Below, piece after piece: positions 36,801 to 47,878 of a stretch of 64,000 nucleotides of DNA. Source of the DNA: Pavona decussata (taxonomy: Eukaryota); NCBI GenBank assembly GCA_977016875.1, contig CDRNST010000090.1, positions 124,001 through 188,000 on the forward strand, written 5' to 3'. The position numbers were made by a program, and so were the translations under genes. Each line of letters starts with the position of its first letter. Position 1 is the first letter of the stretch. The notes beneath the pieces are model-generated. The model ran no database searches. It was not told the origin of the DNA and saw nothing but the letters and a program-made list of their open reading frames with translations.

Positions 36801-37734
36801 GGCAGCCTGGGTGCGGGTGATGGGGGATTTGCGTGGGCCATGAAAATTACACTGAGAGGCTCGATGTTGGCCGTCACACTTGAAACAGGTGTGCTTAAAG
36901 TTACAGCCAGCACACTCATTGCCTTTATGGTATTTATAGCTAAAACCCGTAGGGATTGCTACAAACCGGTTGGTTTTCCCTGAACTCTGAGCAGTTCTTT
37001 GATATGGGGACTGCTGTGATCGTAACCAGAGCTCCCAGTGAACATTACCCCAGGGGAGGGAAGTGGGCTGGGTCTGTCTCAGAAAGCGAAAATGCACATC
37101 GTAATATTTCGAGTTGTGCCCCCTGGCTGCCAAGTCCTGGATAACATCTGCATATTTCATGAGAACTGAGGCCTCATTTGGATATTTCTGGACATAAATG
37201 CCCGCAAAAATGTGGAAGGCATGCATCCAAGTCTCGATGTTCTGAATCTTCTTACAGTACTGTGCAAAGGTAACGAGAGCGAATTTCGACGAATTTCGAG
37301 GCATTTCGCCACTTTTCGACGAAAATCAGCGATTTTTTTGACGAAACGAAATATCGCCGAACTTTCGACGAATTTTCGAAAGCGCTATTGTCTTGACACT
37401 TTCGAAATTTCGAAATTGTATGCGAATGTTTCAGCGAAAATTCGGATGACAATTCGAGGAGATTCGCGAAATTTCGAAGGAAACGTTTCGAAATTTTGAA
37501 GAATGCTTCAATTTTTCGAAGTGTTTTTCGAAGTTTCGAAGAGTGCAGCGAATTTTCGAGGCTAAGCTAAGTACATTGTACAGTGAAAGGCTTTCGTTTC
37601 GTTTCGATCAACCGTTTGCGTAAACAATTCTATTTGAGACAGCGAGGCATCATGGTTTTGCGACGTTATCATGGCAACGGTTTTTGTATAAATGTCATCT
37701 TCAGTGATTTGTAATCACACTGTTTACAGTAATC

Positions 37735-38745
37735 ATGCCAAAGGTTTCACCTTAGGCTCGAAAGCGAATCCAATCTCTTCACGAACATGGCTTGCAGCCG
37801 CTAGCTATATTCAAAAAATTAAGAGACGAAGGTTCTTCCGTAAGCTATCAGAGCGTTGCAAGAATAGTTAAAAAGATCAAACTTACCGGTTCCGTCGACA
37901 ACCTCCCGAAGTCCGGTCGGCCAAGAAAGCTGAACGCATCTGCCAAGGCATTTATCGAGGCACAGATGCAAAAAAATGACGAAGCCACCAGCCGCCAAAT
38001 CCAAAAGAAGCTTTTCAAGCGTGGCGTGGAAGTTCATCCATCAACAGTTCGAAGAGCATGCAAAGAGCAAGGATGGACTCTTCAAAACACAAAGTACTGC
38101 CAGCTGATCCGCGACGTAATCAAGACCAAGAGACTCGAGTCCGCGCAGCGAGTGATAGCCACTGAAGATACCTTCGACAACATCATCTTTAGCGATGAAT
38201 GTTCCATCTCTCTTCAGCAGTTCCGCCGCACGTGCTACTGGAAGGTTGGTGAACCCCCTAAGCGAAAGCCGAAACCAAAGCACCCTCTCAAAGTTCACGT
38301 TTGGGCTGGTATCAGCAGGCACGGTGCTACCAAAATCTGCGTCTTCGAAGGGATAATGGAAGCCGGTCTTTACTGCAGCATTTTGAAGGATACTCTTCTC
38401 CCCTTCATCCGTGAAAAACTGCCAGACCACCGCTTCATGCAGGACAACGATCCCAAGCACACTTCGAAAACTGCAAAGACCTTCTTTGAAGAAAACGAAA
38501 TCAACTGGTGGCGAACTCCCCCGGAAAGCCCAGACATGAACCCCATCGAAGATATGTGGCATGAGCTAAAGTTCTATTTGGAGACGAAAGTAAAGCCGCA
38601 GACCAAGCAGGAACTTGTGGATGGAATAAAGAAGTTTTGGAGAAAGAAAGTCACCATAGAGAAATGCAACAAATACATTGATCATGTTGTGTTTGAAGTC
38701 ATCCCCGATGTCATTGCTGAAAACGGCGCGGCGACAAGACATTAG
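37735..38745 (+). pseudogene. Tc1 transposase DD34E with a single premature stop at codon 7
   Basis: ATG 37735 gives MPKVSP*ARKRIQ (TAG 37753-55); rest open: SGRPRK, FSDE, VWAGIS, QDNDPKH, SPDMNPIE (34 residues between D and E). Confidence 0.95.
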
Positions 38746-39219
38746 TGTTGCTGATTGCTGGTAACGCTATTAAAAAACGGCTCCTTTAGGAGCCACCAAT
38801 TTTGAGAAAAGTCAATGACCAATAAAGTTCTTAAATCTTTAGCGCGCGCGTGCAGTATTCTCACGTCATAGTGCTAAATTGCCTCTTCGAAAAAAGAAAA
38901 AACAACAAACAAACACCTGGGCTATTTTTACAATAGGGAACGGGAATAGGGAACGAGGGAACGGGGAATAGAAGCGGATAATCTTTAAAAGCAGGAACCT
39001 TTAATTAAACAAACAAAATATAAATAAGCGAGAAACTTTCATAAGGTGATCTGGACGCTCGTGTTCAGAGGTAATTATAAATTCGATAATCATCGGTATT
39101 TTAAAAGTATTTCAAAAATCTTGGCATAGTTTTATAGCCAGCACCATTAGCTTAATTGGATAGAGGGGTTTAGGTATCTACACTTGAAACCAGACGCGCT
39201 ACATTGCTTGGACGCGAGT

Positions 39220-40030
39220 TATTATTCAAACAGACTAAAAATGGTGTGGGATTTTTTTTTAACAGTGAAGGGGCACGCGCAAGCCGCCAAGATAACCAAC
39301 GCAACAAATTAACACTGAAATGCGTTAATAAAATGAACAAAACATGTTTAAAAGCTCAAGACTGAAAGACTGAAAATGGTTCTCTTTTTTGAACTGGTTG
39401 AAGACGCAAAATTTAATTGGAAAAGATTATCCCTAAAATAAACTGTTTTGGACCAGTTAAACAATTTATAATTAAACCCTGCAAGTTTATTCAATCAGAC
39501 TAAACAATAGGGTGTGAAATTTTCCAAACAGTAGAGGCGGCACACGCTCGCCGTCCTCAAAAAAGCACAACAAAGAAAAAATTAATAAAAGTTTAAGTTT
39601 CCTTAGACTAAAATGGTTCTCTCTTTTTTTAACCGGTTGAAAATGCAAAATAAAAGTGGAAGATTTTGTCTGAAGTAAACTTTAAATAAGTAAATGATTA
39701 TTGCAGTTATATTTGCAACTTTGCAGTTGCGTAAAGAATGCATGAAAAAAATACCACGCCTTAACGGGATTCAAATCCATGATGATCATTCACTTACTCA
39801 TTCTTCCTTCCGCAGTTCTAATATATGAATTTTCAAATATTCACTTTCATGAAATAAACTTTTTATTGCAGTAGTTCAGCAACAGCAATAACAAATTTAT
39901 TCAAACAGACTAGTGACGTGTGAAGTTTTTTCAACAGCAGAGGCGGCACGCGCTTGCCGCCCAACAATTAGCACATCAATGAAAGAGAAAGAAATAAAAC
40001 TCAAAACGCTCAAGGTTCCAAAGTTAATTA
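39220..40030 (+). repeat. Three diverged tandem units inside the Tc1; the second carries a SINE-like fragment (~39695-39850)
   Basis: attcaaacagacta..gtgtg..aacag.ag.ggcggcacgcgc..gccg recurring near 39223, 39490 and 39900. Confidence 0.7.
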
Positions 40031-40070
40031 GTTTTCTTTGAAACACCTCAAACAATAAAAGCTGTAAGAG

Positions 40071-40124
40071 CCAATCACGATAATGGATTTTCGATCCGAA
40101 CGAACTTCATACTTACTATAAAAA
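40071..40124 (+). promoter_or_regulatory. Putative CCAAT and TATA boxes of the BEN gene
   Basis: CCAAT at 40071, TATAAAAA at 40117, ATG at 40188. Confidence 0.5.
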
Positions 40125-40187
40125 GGCGAAGTACGGTTGTGAGGTATCTGTTGATGTTATTGTGTCATCAAACCATACCAAAGAAAA

Positions 40188-42411
40188 ATGAGTAAGCAAA
40201 TTGCGCGAGTGAATTGGAGCCGTGGGAAGTATTCGGATGTTGTACGCTCAACCATTGTAGATCCATCACCTCTTAAGGCAAAAAGTTCGCGTCATCTGGG
40301 GAAAAGGTAAAAAGGAGTACGGTGCAACCATTACCTGCTACCCACTTATCAAAGAGATCGAGTCTCCAGTTGATGAGCCCCAGCCGTGTCAGACAAAAGC
40401 TAAACGTAAACTGGTAAGTACTTTCAGTCATTTCATTATTTCCTCTTGTCTGTTTCATCACCGACTGGTAAATTGCGTTATCGTTTTAATTCAATTATAT
40501 CTTCTAATAACAAGTTTATGATTTTCGTGTTTAGATCCCAGAAGCCACGTCTTCCCCTGAACGCTGCAAGAAAACGAAAACAGACAAGCCCAAGCCAAAA
40601 GAAAAACCAAAAGGAAAGGTATGTAAAAGAAAATTGCTTGATGTTACATCAAACTATCAATAGAAATTATCTCGTCGTTTAATATGAGCGGCTAGCAGGG
40701 TAGTTGTTTACATCCCTCTTTCTGAAAATATTTTCAAATGCTAAGCCTTGTTTTATTTAACTGGATTCAAAGTTGACGATTTAAAACTTCAATTAGCTTA
40801 ATCGTCTTTTGAACAACCAGTGCCAGATGTTCATATATTTCGCTAGGTTTTTGTAAGGACTGATTCCATTTTCTAATGGTCAACCTGTCCGTGTGAACGA
40901 ATAATTAAAGATGGATTTTCACTGTCGCTTTAATTTTACGTGCGTACAGACGTGAATTTAGCTGGCTTTACGTACGTAAATAAAATAAGAAGCGATATAT
41001 GAGCCGCGTGCGTAAACGTAAAAAGTTGAATGCTGTTCAACTTTAGGCTTTAGGTTGTTTGAAACTCTCTTGGCAGTTCTGGCTTGATTCTGGTTGGACA
41101 TTCAGCCTTTATCCTATTGGTAAAGGATAACGTAATTGACATGCAGTTATTTTTTATTTTTTATTTAGGTTAGCACTAGCAAGAACAGCGGCTCAAACAA
41201 GCACGAACAGACAGCGAACGAGCTTCGGTTAGTACGGACCATATTAGAGCGGCTCGAGTGTTCGTATGCAAGACAGGAGGCCAAGCTGGACAGATTGCTG
41301 AGTCTAGTGGCAACACAGCCCTTCCGAGCATCACAGTGTAGCGCCACGGCAACACCAGAGCTGCCCTATACGCCACCTGTGCATTTCAGACAGGAACCCG
41401 CTACAGACCTACATCGCACACCTTGCATGACAGAACCTGACCGTGTGCTGGACGAGCTAATTCGTCAAACGGACTTTGATTCCACAGGTATGAAAGTTTT
41501 TATGTTTTACGTTCACTGAAATCTTCTTGACATCTGAAGCTAATCCTAGATCAAGGTGAACTTTGTTTCGAGTTTAATAACTAATCAGTAAAGATTCTTC
41601 CAAAAGAGCTTTGGCCCTCAGTTTTGACTTAGAGTTTTCTTTTCCTTTAGCTTGAAATAGGAATTCGATATCCTCGCAATTTGACCGTTCAACGGTGTTT
41701 TGTTTATTATTCTTGTTATCAGAGAGAATCCAAGTCGGAGGAGTTGGAGAGGTCAAGTTAGCGAAAGCAGACTTTAATTTCGTAAAGGCAGCGACGAAAC
41801 CAACTGTGATGGCCCTGCGGCTCGTCGACAAGCTGTTTCCAAAGGAGGTCCTTATGAATTCGACAGTTCATGGCACCAAGGACTTCGCTCCTCTTGATCA
41901 CAGAATCATTGCTGCAATCAAAGGTATGCTTACAACATTAAATCTGTTTTCATCCTTGAACGAAACGAAACTAAGTGAAAACAAATGAACTGTAAAATAA
42001 TGATATCAAGTGACATTGTTCGGCGCGCATTGTGATGTATAAAACAGAAGTGAAGAATAAACACCTGAAGTGTAGAGTTTTGAAATTAAAGATCTGTAAT
42101 TATGCGAAACGAGCTCTTATCAGACCACAGCGACCTTTTACCTGCTTCATTGCATTTCGTTTTGCAAAATACAGGTAGCCATCATTTGCGTATAAATGCC
42201 CTGAGTAGCTGGCGGGATTATTTGCGTATTACCAAACTTGAGTTTTCACCAAGAATTTTGTTTTGTTTCAGCGGAAGTGACAAGGAGCTTCGGCTACCAA
42301 TGCAGGGACAGAGAGGAACTGAACCGCATGTGGGAGTCATGTAAAATAAGCATCGGCAAACGCTGCCAAAACTTGAGAAAAAATAGTGACAAACAAACTA
42401 GGCAAGATTAA
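40188..42411 (+). pseudogene. Five-exon BEN-domain protein gene inside the Tc1 (one frameshift in exon 1)
   Basis: Exons 40188-40413, 40535-40618, 41169-41487, 41723-41923, 42272-42411; all GT-AG with compatible phases. Coiled coil LRLVRTILERLECSYARQEAKLDRLL; BEN-like ATKPTVMALRLVDKLFPKEVLMNSTVHG..LDHRIIAAIKAEV..MWESCKISIGKRCQNLRK. AATAAA at 42509. Confidence 0.85.
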
Positions 42412-44205
42412 TTCGTTAGCAACTGTGTGTATATTTTTGCATGTGATCTAAGTAGATTTTAGATTCGTTTTCTTTGTTTTTTGGAATGCAATGTAAACCT
42501 TATTAAACAATAAACCAGATGATGTATTAAGATTTGTTTCTTACATTTATTTAGTTTTCAGGGGGGGTAAACATTTGTCATAATATTTTGACGTTGGTAA
42601 ATTGTAGAACTGATTCCATGTTTCTCTGAAATCATTCACTGGTAAAAATACGTGAATTAATTTTGGCACAACACGCAGTGTCAAAGACATTAGCTTCACA
42701 GTTTCGCTACGCAGTTGCTCTCACTGGAGTTCTCACGGGCATATTGTGTAAACAAATGCATCTGTCGGCACGGAATTTCAATAATTATCTTTCATTTTAT
42801 AAAAGACCTGCCATATCATGCGAATATCAACATTTTTTTGTCTAAACATTTTGAACTACTGGAATGCAAATCAAAGCGCTTTTTGTCTATGAAGCGAATC
42901 AAAACATTGCAAGCTCGACCTTCAATCGGAGTTAGATTTCAACCGGAAATTTGCATGCGTAATCATGAAGTTTACAATCCCGCTTGTTGTAATTACGATT
43001 CAGTCCTTGATTCAGTCCTATTGAAAAACAAACGGGCAGTTATTCTACTGAAGCAAAGTGCAGGTTAAATCTCTCTAGCTTATTTTTAAACGCTCTTCAG
43101 TCTTGGTGTTAATAAATAAACAAAGCGTGTTTAGTTCCTGCGAGTTATGTACTGCAATTATAATTCGCTGCTTCGAAAATTCGAAGAAACGAAAGTTCAT
43201 TTCTTTGAAATTTCGAAAGCAAGGAAATTTCGTTATTTCGAAATTTCGAAAGAATTCGCATAATTTCGCCGCATTTTCTTCGAAATATCGCATTGAGCGA
43301 CGTGAAATACCGCCCGAAATTTCGCCGACATATCGTCGAAAATTCGCAAGAACAATACACGAAATTCGTCGAAATTCGCTCTCATTACTTTTGCACAGTA
43401 CTGTAGGCCTGGCCGCCGGTTCAAAACACAGAGACGGGGTTCTGCCCTCTGTAGTTGTTTGCAAACTTAGCTGGAATTTATTGTCTAGCACTGGATTAAC
43501 TAGTAATGAGCCAAAATCGATGTACTCTTGCAGCCAAATCTTTCCCTTCAGTTTAGGAGAAACCCTCGAATCAATTGGGAGGCTGGCAGAGTTAAAAAAA
43601 GGGCCTGATGGTAAAGGAGTTGATGTGGTGGCAGGCAGAACCTCACCTGAGAGGGTTGCATTAACTGCATTTACTGAATCACTAACTACAGCAGCAACAC
43701 TACGCGATGATTGGGAATCCCCACTTGCAATAGTCACATCACTAGGAGTACAGGCTGGAACTTCCTCTTGAAGCTGAGAACTTGGAGGAGCAGACTGGCC
43801 AGCAGGAATAAGAAGGGGTGTTAACTGTTTGGTAACTTCTGTGGTTACTTTGGACACAATCTGTTCCAGAAGACCAGGAGGGATGGAAGATGCTGCAGAA
43901 GGATGAAGACCTGTGGTGGGTGATTCTGCAGTGGCGGCAGGCACACGCTGAACTTTGTCCTTGCCAGTAGTTTTAGTGACGCGCCGTGTCCGTTTAGGAG
44001 GAGGTTTCACGGGCGGATGAACTGATGTACGTTTCTGGCGACGTGGAGGCATTCTAGGATACAGAGAAAAGCGGCAGACTCTGTGGTCCAAAAACAAACT
44101 TACAGGCTGGTACTGGTATAGGAAATACACAGACATGGAGTCTCAATGAAATTACATAACAATTAAGACCATTACACAAGATAGTAAATCATAATTTCAA
44201 TATCA

Positions 44206-44594
44206 GAGGAGCAAAGCCCCACAATAAAAATAGAGGAACAAAGCCTCAAAATAATGCTCACATGCCAGCAAAAAATAAAAATCGAGGAATGAAGCCTCGA
44301 ATTAAAGCTGGCGTTAACATATGGCCAGCAAATAAGGGAGCAATGCCCATTACAAAAAACAAGGCCGCAACGACCTTGGAATAAAAAGAGGAACGAAACC
44401 TCAAATTAAAGCTGACGTAAAAAATTTTACGAACAGCAATTGACACGAGGAGCAAAGCCTCGAATTACAGCTGGCATAAACATATGACGTGCACAGCTGA
44501 CATAACAAGAGAGTGAGCAAAATAAATGAGGAACAAAGCCTCAAATTCAGAGCTGTCATAAGAATATGAACAGCCAATAAGGGAACAAAGCCCT
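44206..44594 (-). repeat. Array of 8-9 short hairpins between SGNH and gag
   Basis: GAGG-ARYRAAR-CCTC (+ strand) at 44206, 44233, 44284, 44388, 44447, 44528; GGG..CCC variants at 44335 and 44580; interleaved GCTG..CAGC hairpins. Confidence 0.85.
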
Positions 44595-44836
44595 CTCAGA
44601 TTTTATTTTTATTTTTAAAAATAAAAATAAAATGTAATGCAACAAAAGAAAAATTGGGCAGGACAAGCCGGGCTGACAAAATGTCGCCAAAGTGGCAATG
44701 CCAATTAAGAGCCCACAAATGAACAAAACAAAAATATACATTAATATGAAAATTAATACATAGAGCAGAAAATTAGCCTTAACAAACGTAACATAAACCA
44801 GAATAAAACGGTGATCTGGGGGACAATGATGTACAC

Positions 44837-45419
44837 CTAAAGCATGTTTAACGCCTTTAAAATGGCGCCGCGATAGCTACGGTACAAAAAGTATTGACCC
44901 AGTGGGTCTAAATGCACACCATGAGTAAGTCGGGTCTGTGATAAATTAGAAAAACCCTTATGATACCAATAGAAAACATTATCGACGTGCTCTAATAATG
45001 CACTAAGACACTGATGTAGAACTGGCACTTTTATATTGAAGGACTGAAAAGCCCGCATACGACTGACCACGAGGAATGACTTGGCAAACGCCTATGACGC
45101 GAACAGAATATTTTTCGCGCAGTGAAGAAACAAGGACTTCAATTTTCGATGCTACTACTTCAGGCCCTGACTGTGAAAGATCATTGGTACCGATCTCTAG
45201 GATCACCACGTCCAGAGCAAGACGTGAAATAACGTTAAGGTCGTGGGCTTGAAGCTTCGAAACAGTTTGACCTCCCACGCCGAACATGTGGACAAAAGCA
45301 CTGCCATGCAGATTAAAATTCCCGTCAACACGCGAGTCAAATCCAGTCTCTATATCGCCCTTTAGCCTTTTAACAAAGGAATGCCCTAAAATAAGAACTG
45401 TGGCCGCTGCAGAAGCCAT
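44837..45419 (-). pseudogene. SGNH/GDSL esterase of element 1 (one frameshift)
   Basis: Block I ILGHSFV, II GVGGQT, III EIGTNDL, V HGVHL. Confidence 0.85.
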
Positions 45420-45880
45420 GAAACAAAGGCGTTACTGCAGAATAAAAGAAATTACAGAAGGTGTATGAGTCGCAACTAAGCAGGAATGCGGGCAGTGAAA
45501 GCGACTCCCAAGTCGTACCAGAAAAACAATTGAAAACGCGTGAACTTAGCCACTGAACCTTAAAATACGGCCGTAATTAAGCGTATGCAGATAAGAAAGA
45601 GCTTACCTTAAAAAATAAAAAGGCGGCTGAATTTGTTCAGAAGTAATCCACTGATGAACGTGGTGCGTGTGTTGGTGCAAAGGTCATGAACGCTAGAGGG
45701 TGGTACAATATAGATTGTCAGGGCCCTAGCCCGTGACCCTGGTATCGTGACATTATGTCACACAATACAACAAAATTCCTAAAGAAACTTCAGTACTGAA
45801 TAAAAAGACAAACAACAGATCGGATTGAAGACATAAAATCCTATTTGTAAACAAGTATTCCCTTTATGATTTCTGCCTAC

Positions 45881-46069
45881 TTAACACCATGGAGGTCTAA
45901 AGCATGAAGTTTGTTGACTGTGCGTCCCCCGACGCCTTGGAAAAATACTCTGGCTGATTGAGACATGGAGGTCCCGCTTAACCCGTCTATCACCACCCTG
46001 GTAGACAAAAGTTTTAAAATGGCGCACTAAAGAGTGACCCAAAAGGAGGACTTTTGGCTTATAAGGCAT
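45881..46069 (-). pseudogene. Second SGNH esterase, N-terminal fragment only
   Basis: MPYKPKVLLLGHSLVRHF, then a frameshifted GVGGRTVNKL; cut off near the terminus of element 1. Confidence 0.7.
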
Positions 46070-46166
46070 AACAATAGTATATAAAAACAAATTGATAGAT
46101 ATACTCATTTCTGAATAAACGAAGATAGGACAACTCCTGAATGAGGTTGCAAAAGGAGTTCCGAAC

Positions 46167-46224
46167 TCGGAGAGCGTGTCAAGTATGAGAAGTCGGTGAG
46201 CGTGTCGAACTCGGAGAGCGTGTC
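46167..46224. repeat. Three copies of TCGGWGAGCGTGTC upstream of the second SGNH
   Basis: Copies at 46167, 46193 and 46211. Confidence 0.8.
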
Positions 46225-46529
46225 AAGTCTGAGACTGAGAGGACGAGCATGAGGCAATGGCCACATTTTGTACTGGCAGTTTGAAGTTGAGGCTAAGTAC
46301 TTTTCCATGAAAGCTCGTGATTATTGCTCAATATAATTTTTATTGTTACTTCGGTCACAGGATAGTCTTGTGACTATTGCTCAATATTTTTATGTAATGA
46401 GAATTAGGGTTTTATTGAAAATATTTTTTCAGTGACGCCCAGAAACAATGTTCCACCACAACTCCCCCACAGGTCTACACCGAGTTAATTAATAAGCCTA
46501 GTTAATCTAATTAAATCACTAAGTAGGCA

Positions 46530-46579
46530 GAAGTCATAAAAGTTTTTATTTGCCGGCAAATAAATTCCTTCATGTCTCC
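46530..46579. other. Complete two-armed att-like palindrome between the element 2 tail and an SGNH-bearing head
   Basis: GAAGTCATAAA..[TTTATTTGCCGGCAAATAAA, perfect 20-bp palindrome 46545-64]..TTCATGTCTCC. Confidence 0.75.
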
Positions 46580-46934
46580 TTAACCACTCGCAATACAATT
46601 AAGTGCCAATATTTCATGATGTCAGTTTTATGCCAAGAGACAAGCTTCGTTTGCTTAGAGCGTCAAAACACAAATAAACCAGCCAGTGTTGGGATTAATA
46701 TTGGCCATGCGTCATGGCTGCTTTTATTAATTAATAATTAAATCCAATAATGTAAAATAAAACGAATGAATAACTATTATTTTAATTATTAAGCTCTAGC
46801 AAAGGTGAGGGCACTATAGAAAAGGCCGCAAACCTCCTGAAAGGAGGCCCGCCCCACCCGAAGACTGTTGGCAGCAAAACTGAACACGCTCTATATCATC
46901 ACTGAGAAGTCATCACAGCACCTGCTTGTGTAAC

Positions 46935-47878
46935 TTAATTATGACTTAGACTAGTTGCAAGGCTAGGCGTTCGTATATAATTAAGAAAAGCATTTGACTT
47001 CCATCAACCCAACTGACGAATTTGCGAATCAGAAAACCTTGGGTGGCGACCCAACGGGCTGCGCCAATGCGAAAGCCGTGCGATTTATAAAGCGACAGAT
47101 CTAGATTACAAAATCGAAGTGAATTGTTGAGTTTTTCCACAAAGAAAGACCTCTTAATGGGCGCCTCATCTGGCCAGCAAAACAACGGACCACTAACACT
47201 AATCGGTCTTCTGGCTAAAATAAAATCTAAAATGGTTGTAACTGGACAACATGACTCCACCTTATAGATATATATAACAAAGGGGCGCCCTTCTGAATCA
47301 GTGTGCTTGTATTTGAAAATAGTGATTTGCAGGGCTTTGACCTGCTGCTGGCTATCCAGTAGCCTTTCTAACTGTGTAAAGCGAATCAGATTACTATGGT
47401 CAGTAGTGTTGACGGTGATTTCACCTACACGCAAAAAGGCAAAGAAAGCTAAGGAAGACATTGCTGACAAGAGCTTCGACTGATACGCTGTCGCTGTAGT
47501 GTGCGTAAAAGAGCTTATAATTTGCTGCAATATCGGTAATGTAATTGGTAGACGCACATCGTGCGCCGGCACTAACTTCCGATAGCCTTTAATTATCTGT
47601 CGAATTATTGCCGTTTCAGTCAGATCACCTATGCCTGCCAATTTATGAGTATAACATATGGCTGATAAATAACTGGTAACAGTAGAGGAAGCGTAATGTA
47701 ACGAATAGAAATGCGAAACAAATAGCGCTATAAAAGCGGGTTGTATAGGAAGAACTAAGTTTGTTTCGCCTAACGTGGACTGAGCCCATTCTGTAAATAG
47801 ATTCCATGACCTTTTATAAGCTGCCGTAGAACCTTTACTTATACTAGCAGATAGAAGGTGCTTTGTTATAGAAGCCAA
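46935..47878 (-). pseudogene. Tyrosine recombinase of element 2
   Basis: AFFAFLRVGEI..KYKH..CPV..YKSHGFRIGAA; C-terminal WKSNAFLNYIR in a shifted frame. Confidence 0.93.

Larger units (their letters stand above)
37255..43403 (+). mobile_element. 6149-bp Tc1 (DD34E) transposon with BEN-domain cargo gene
   Basis: TA TSD at 37253-54 and 43404-05; ~44-bp TIR CAGTACTGTGCAAARGTAAYGAGAGCGAATTTCGACGAATTTCG, followed by ~240-300 bp of TTCGA-rich subterminal repeats. Confidence 0.95.
36765..44052 (-). pseudogene. gag: Gag-like ORF1 of element 1, split by Tc1 (parts 44052-43404 and 37252-36765)
   Basis: Excising Tc1 plus one TA gives 1137 nt in one frame: MPPRRQ..KIWLQEYIDFGSLL..EPAARP|KKIQNIETWMHAF..CAGCNFKHTCFKCDGQHRASQC. 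Confidence 0.9.
33247..45838 (-). mobile_element. Ngaro-like tyrosine-recombinase (DIRS order) retrotransposon, element 1, apparently full length, interrupted by Tc1
   Basis: SGNH, gag, RT/RNaseH and YR on the minus strand. Termini TTTTATGTCTTCA (33247-59) / TGAAGACATAAAA (45826-38) are perfect 13-bp inverted arms. LHLLDDF and GHSFRIGAA motifs fit the Ngaro group better than DIRS1. Confidence 0.85.

Noticed and set aside
39695-39850. tRNA gene (also 8127-8230)
   Set aside because: Only partial A/B-box-like remnants with no cloverleaf; SINE debris.
43075-43424. ORFs running through the Tc1 ends (also 37212-37499), including the C-terminal part of the 353-aa ORF
   Set aside because: Read-through into stop-poor TIR and subterminal repeats; not real coding sequence.
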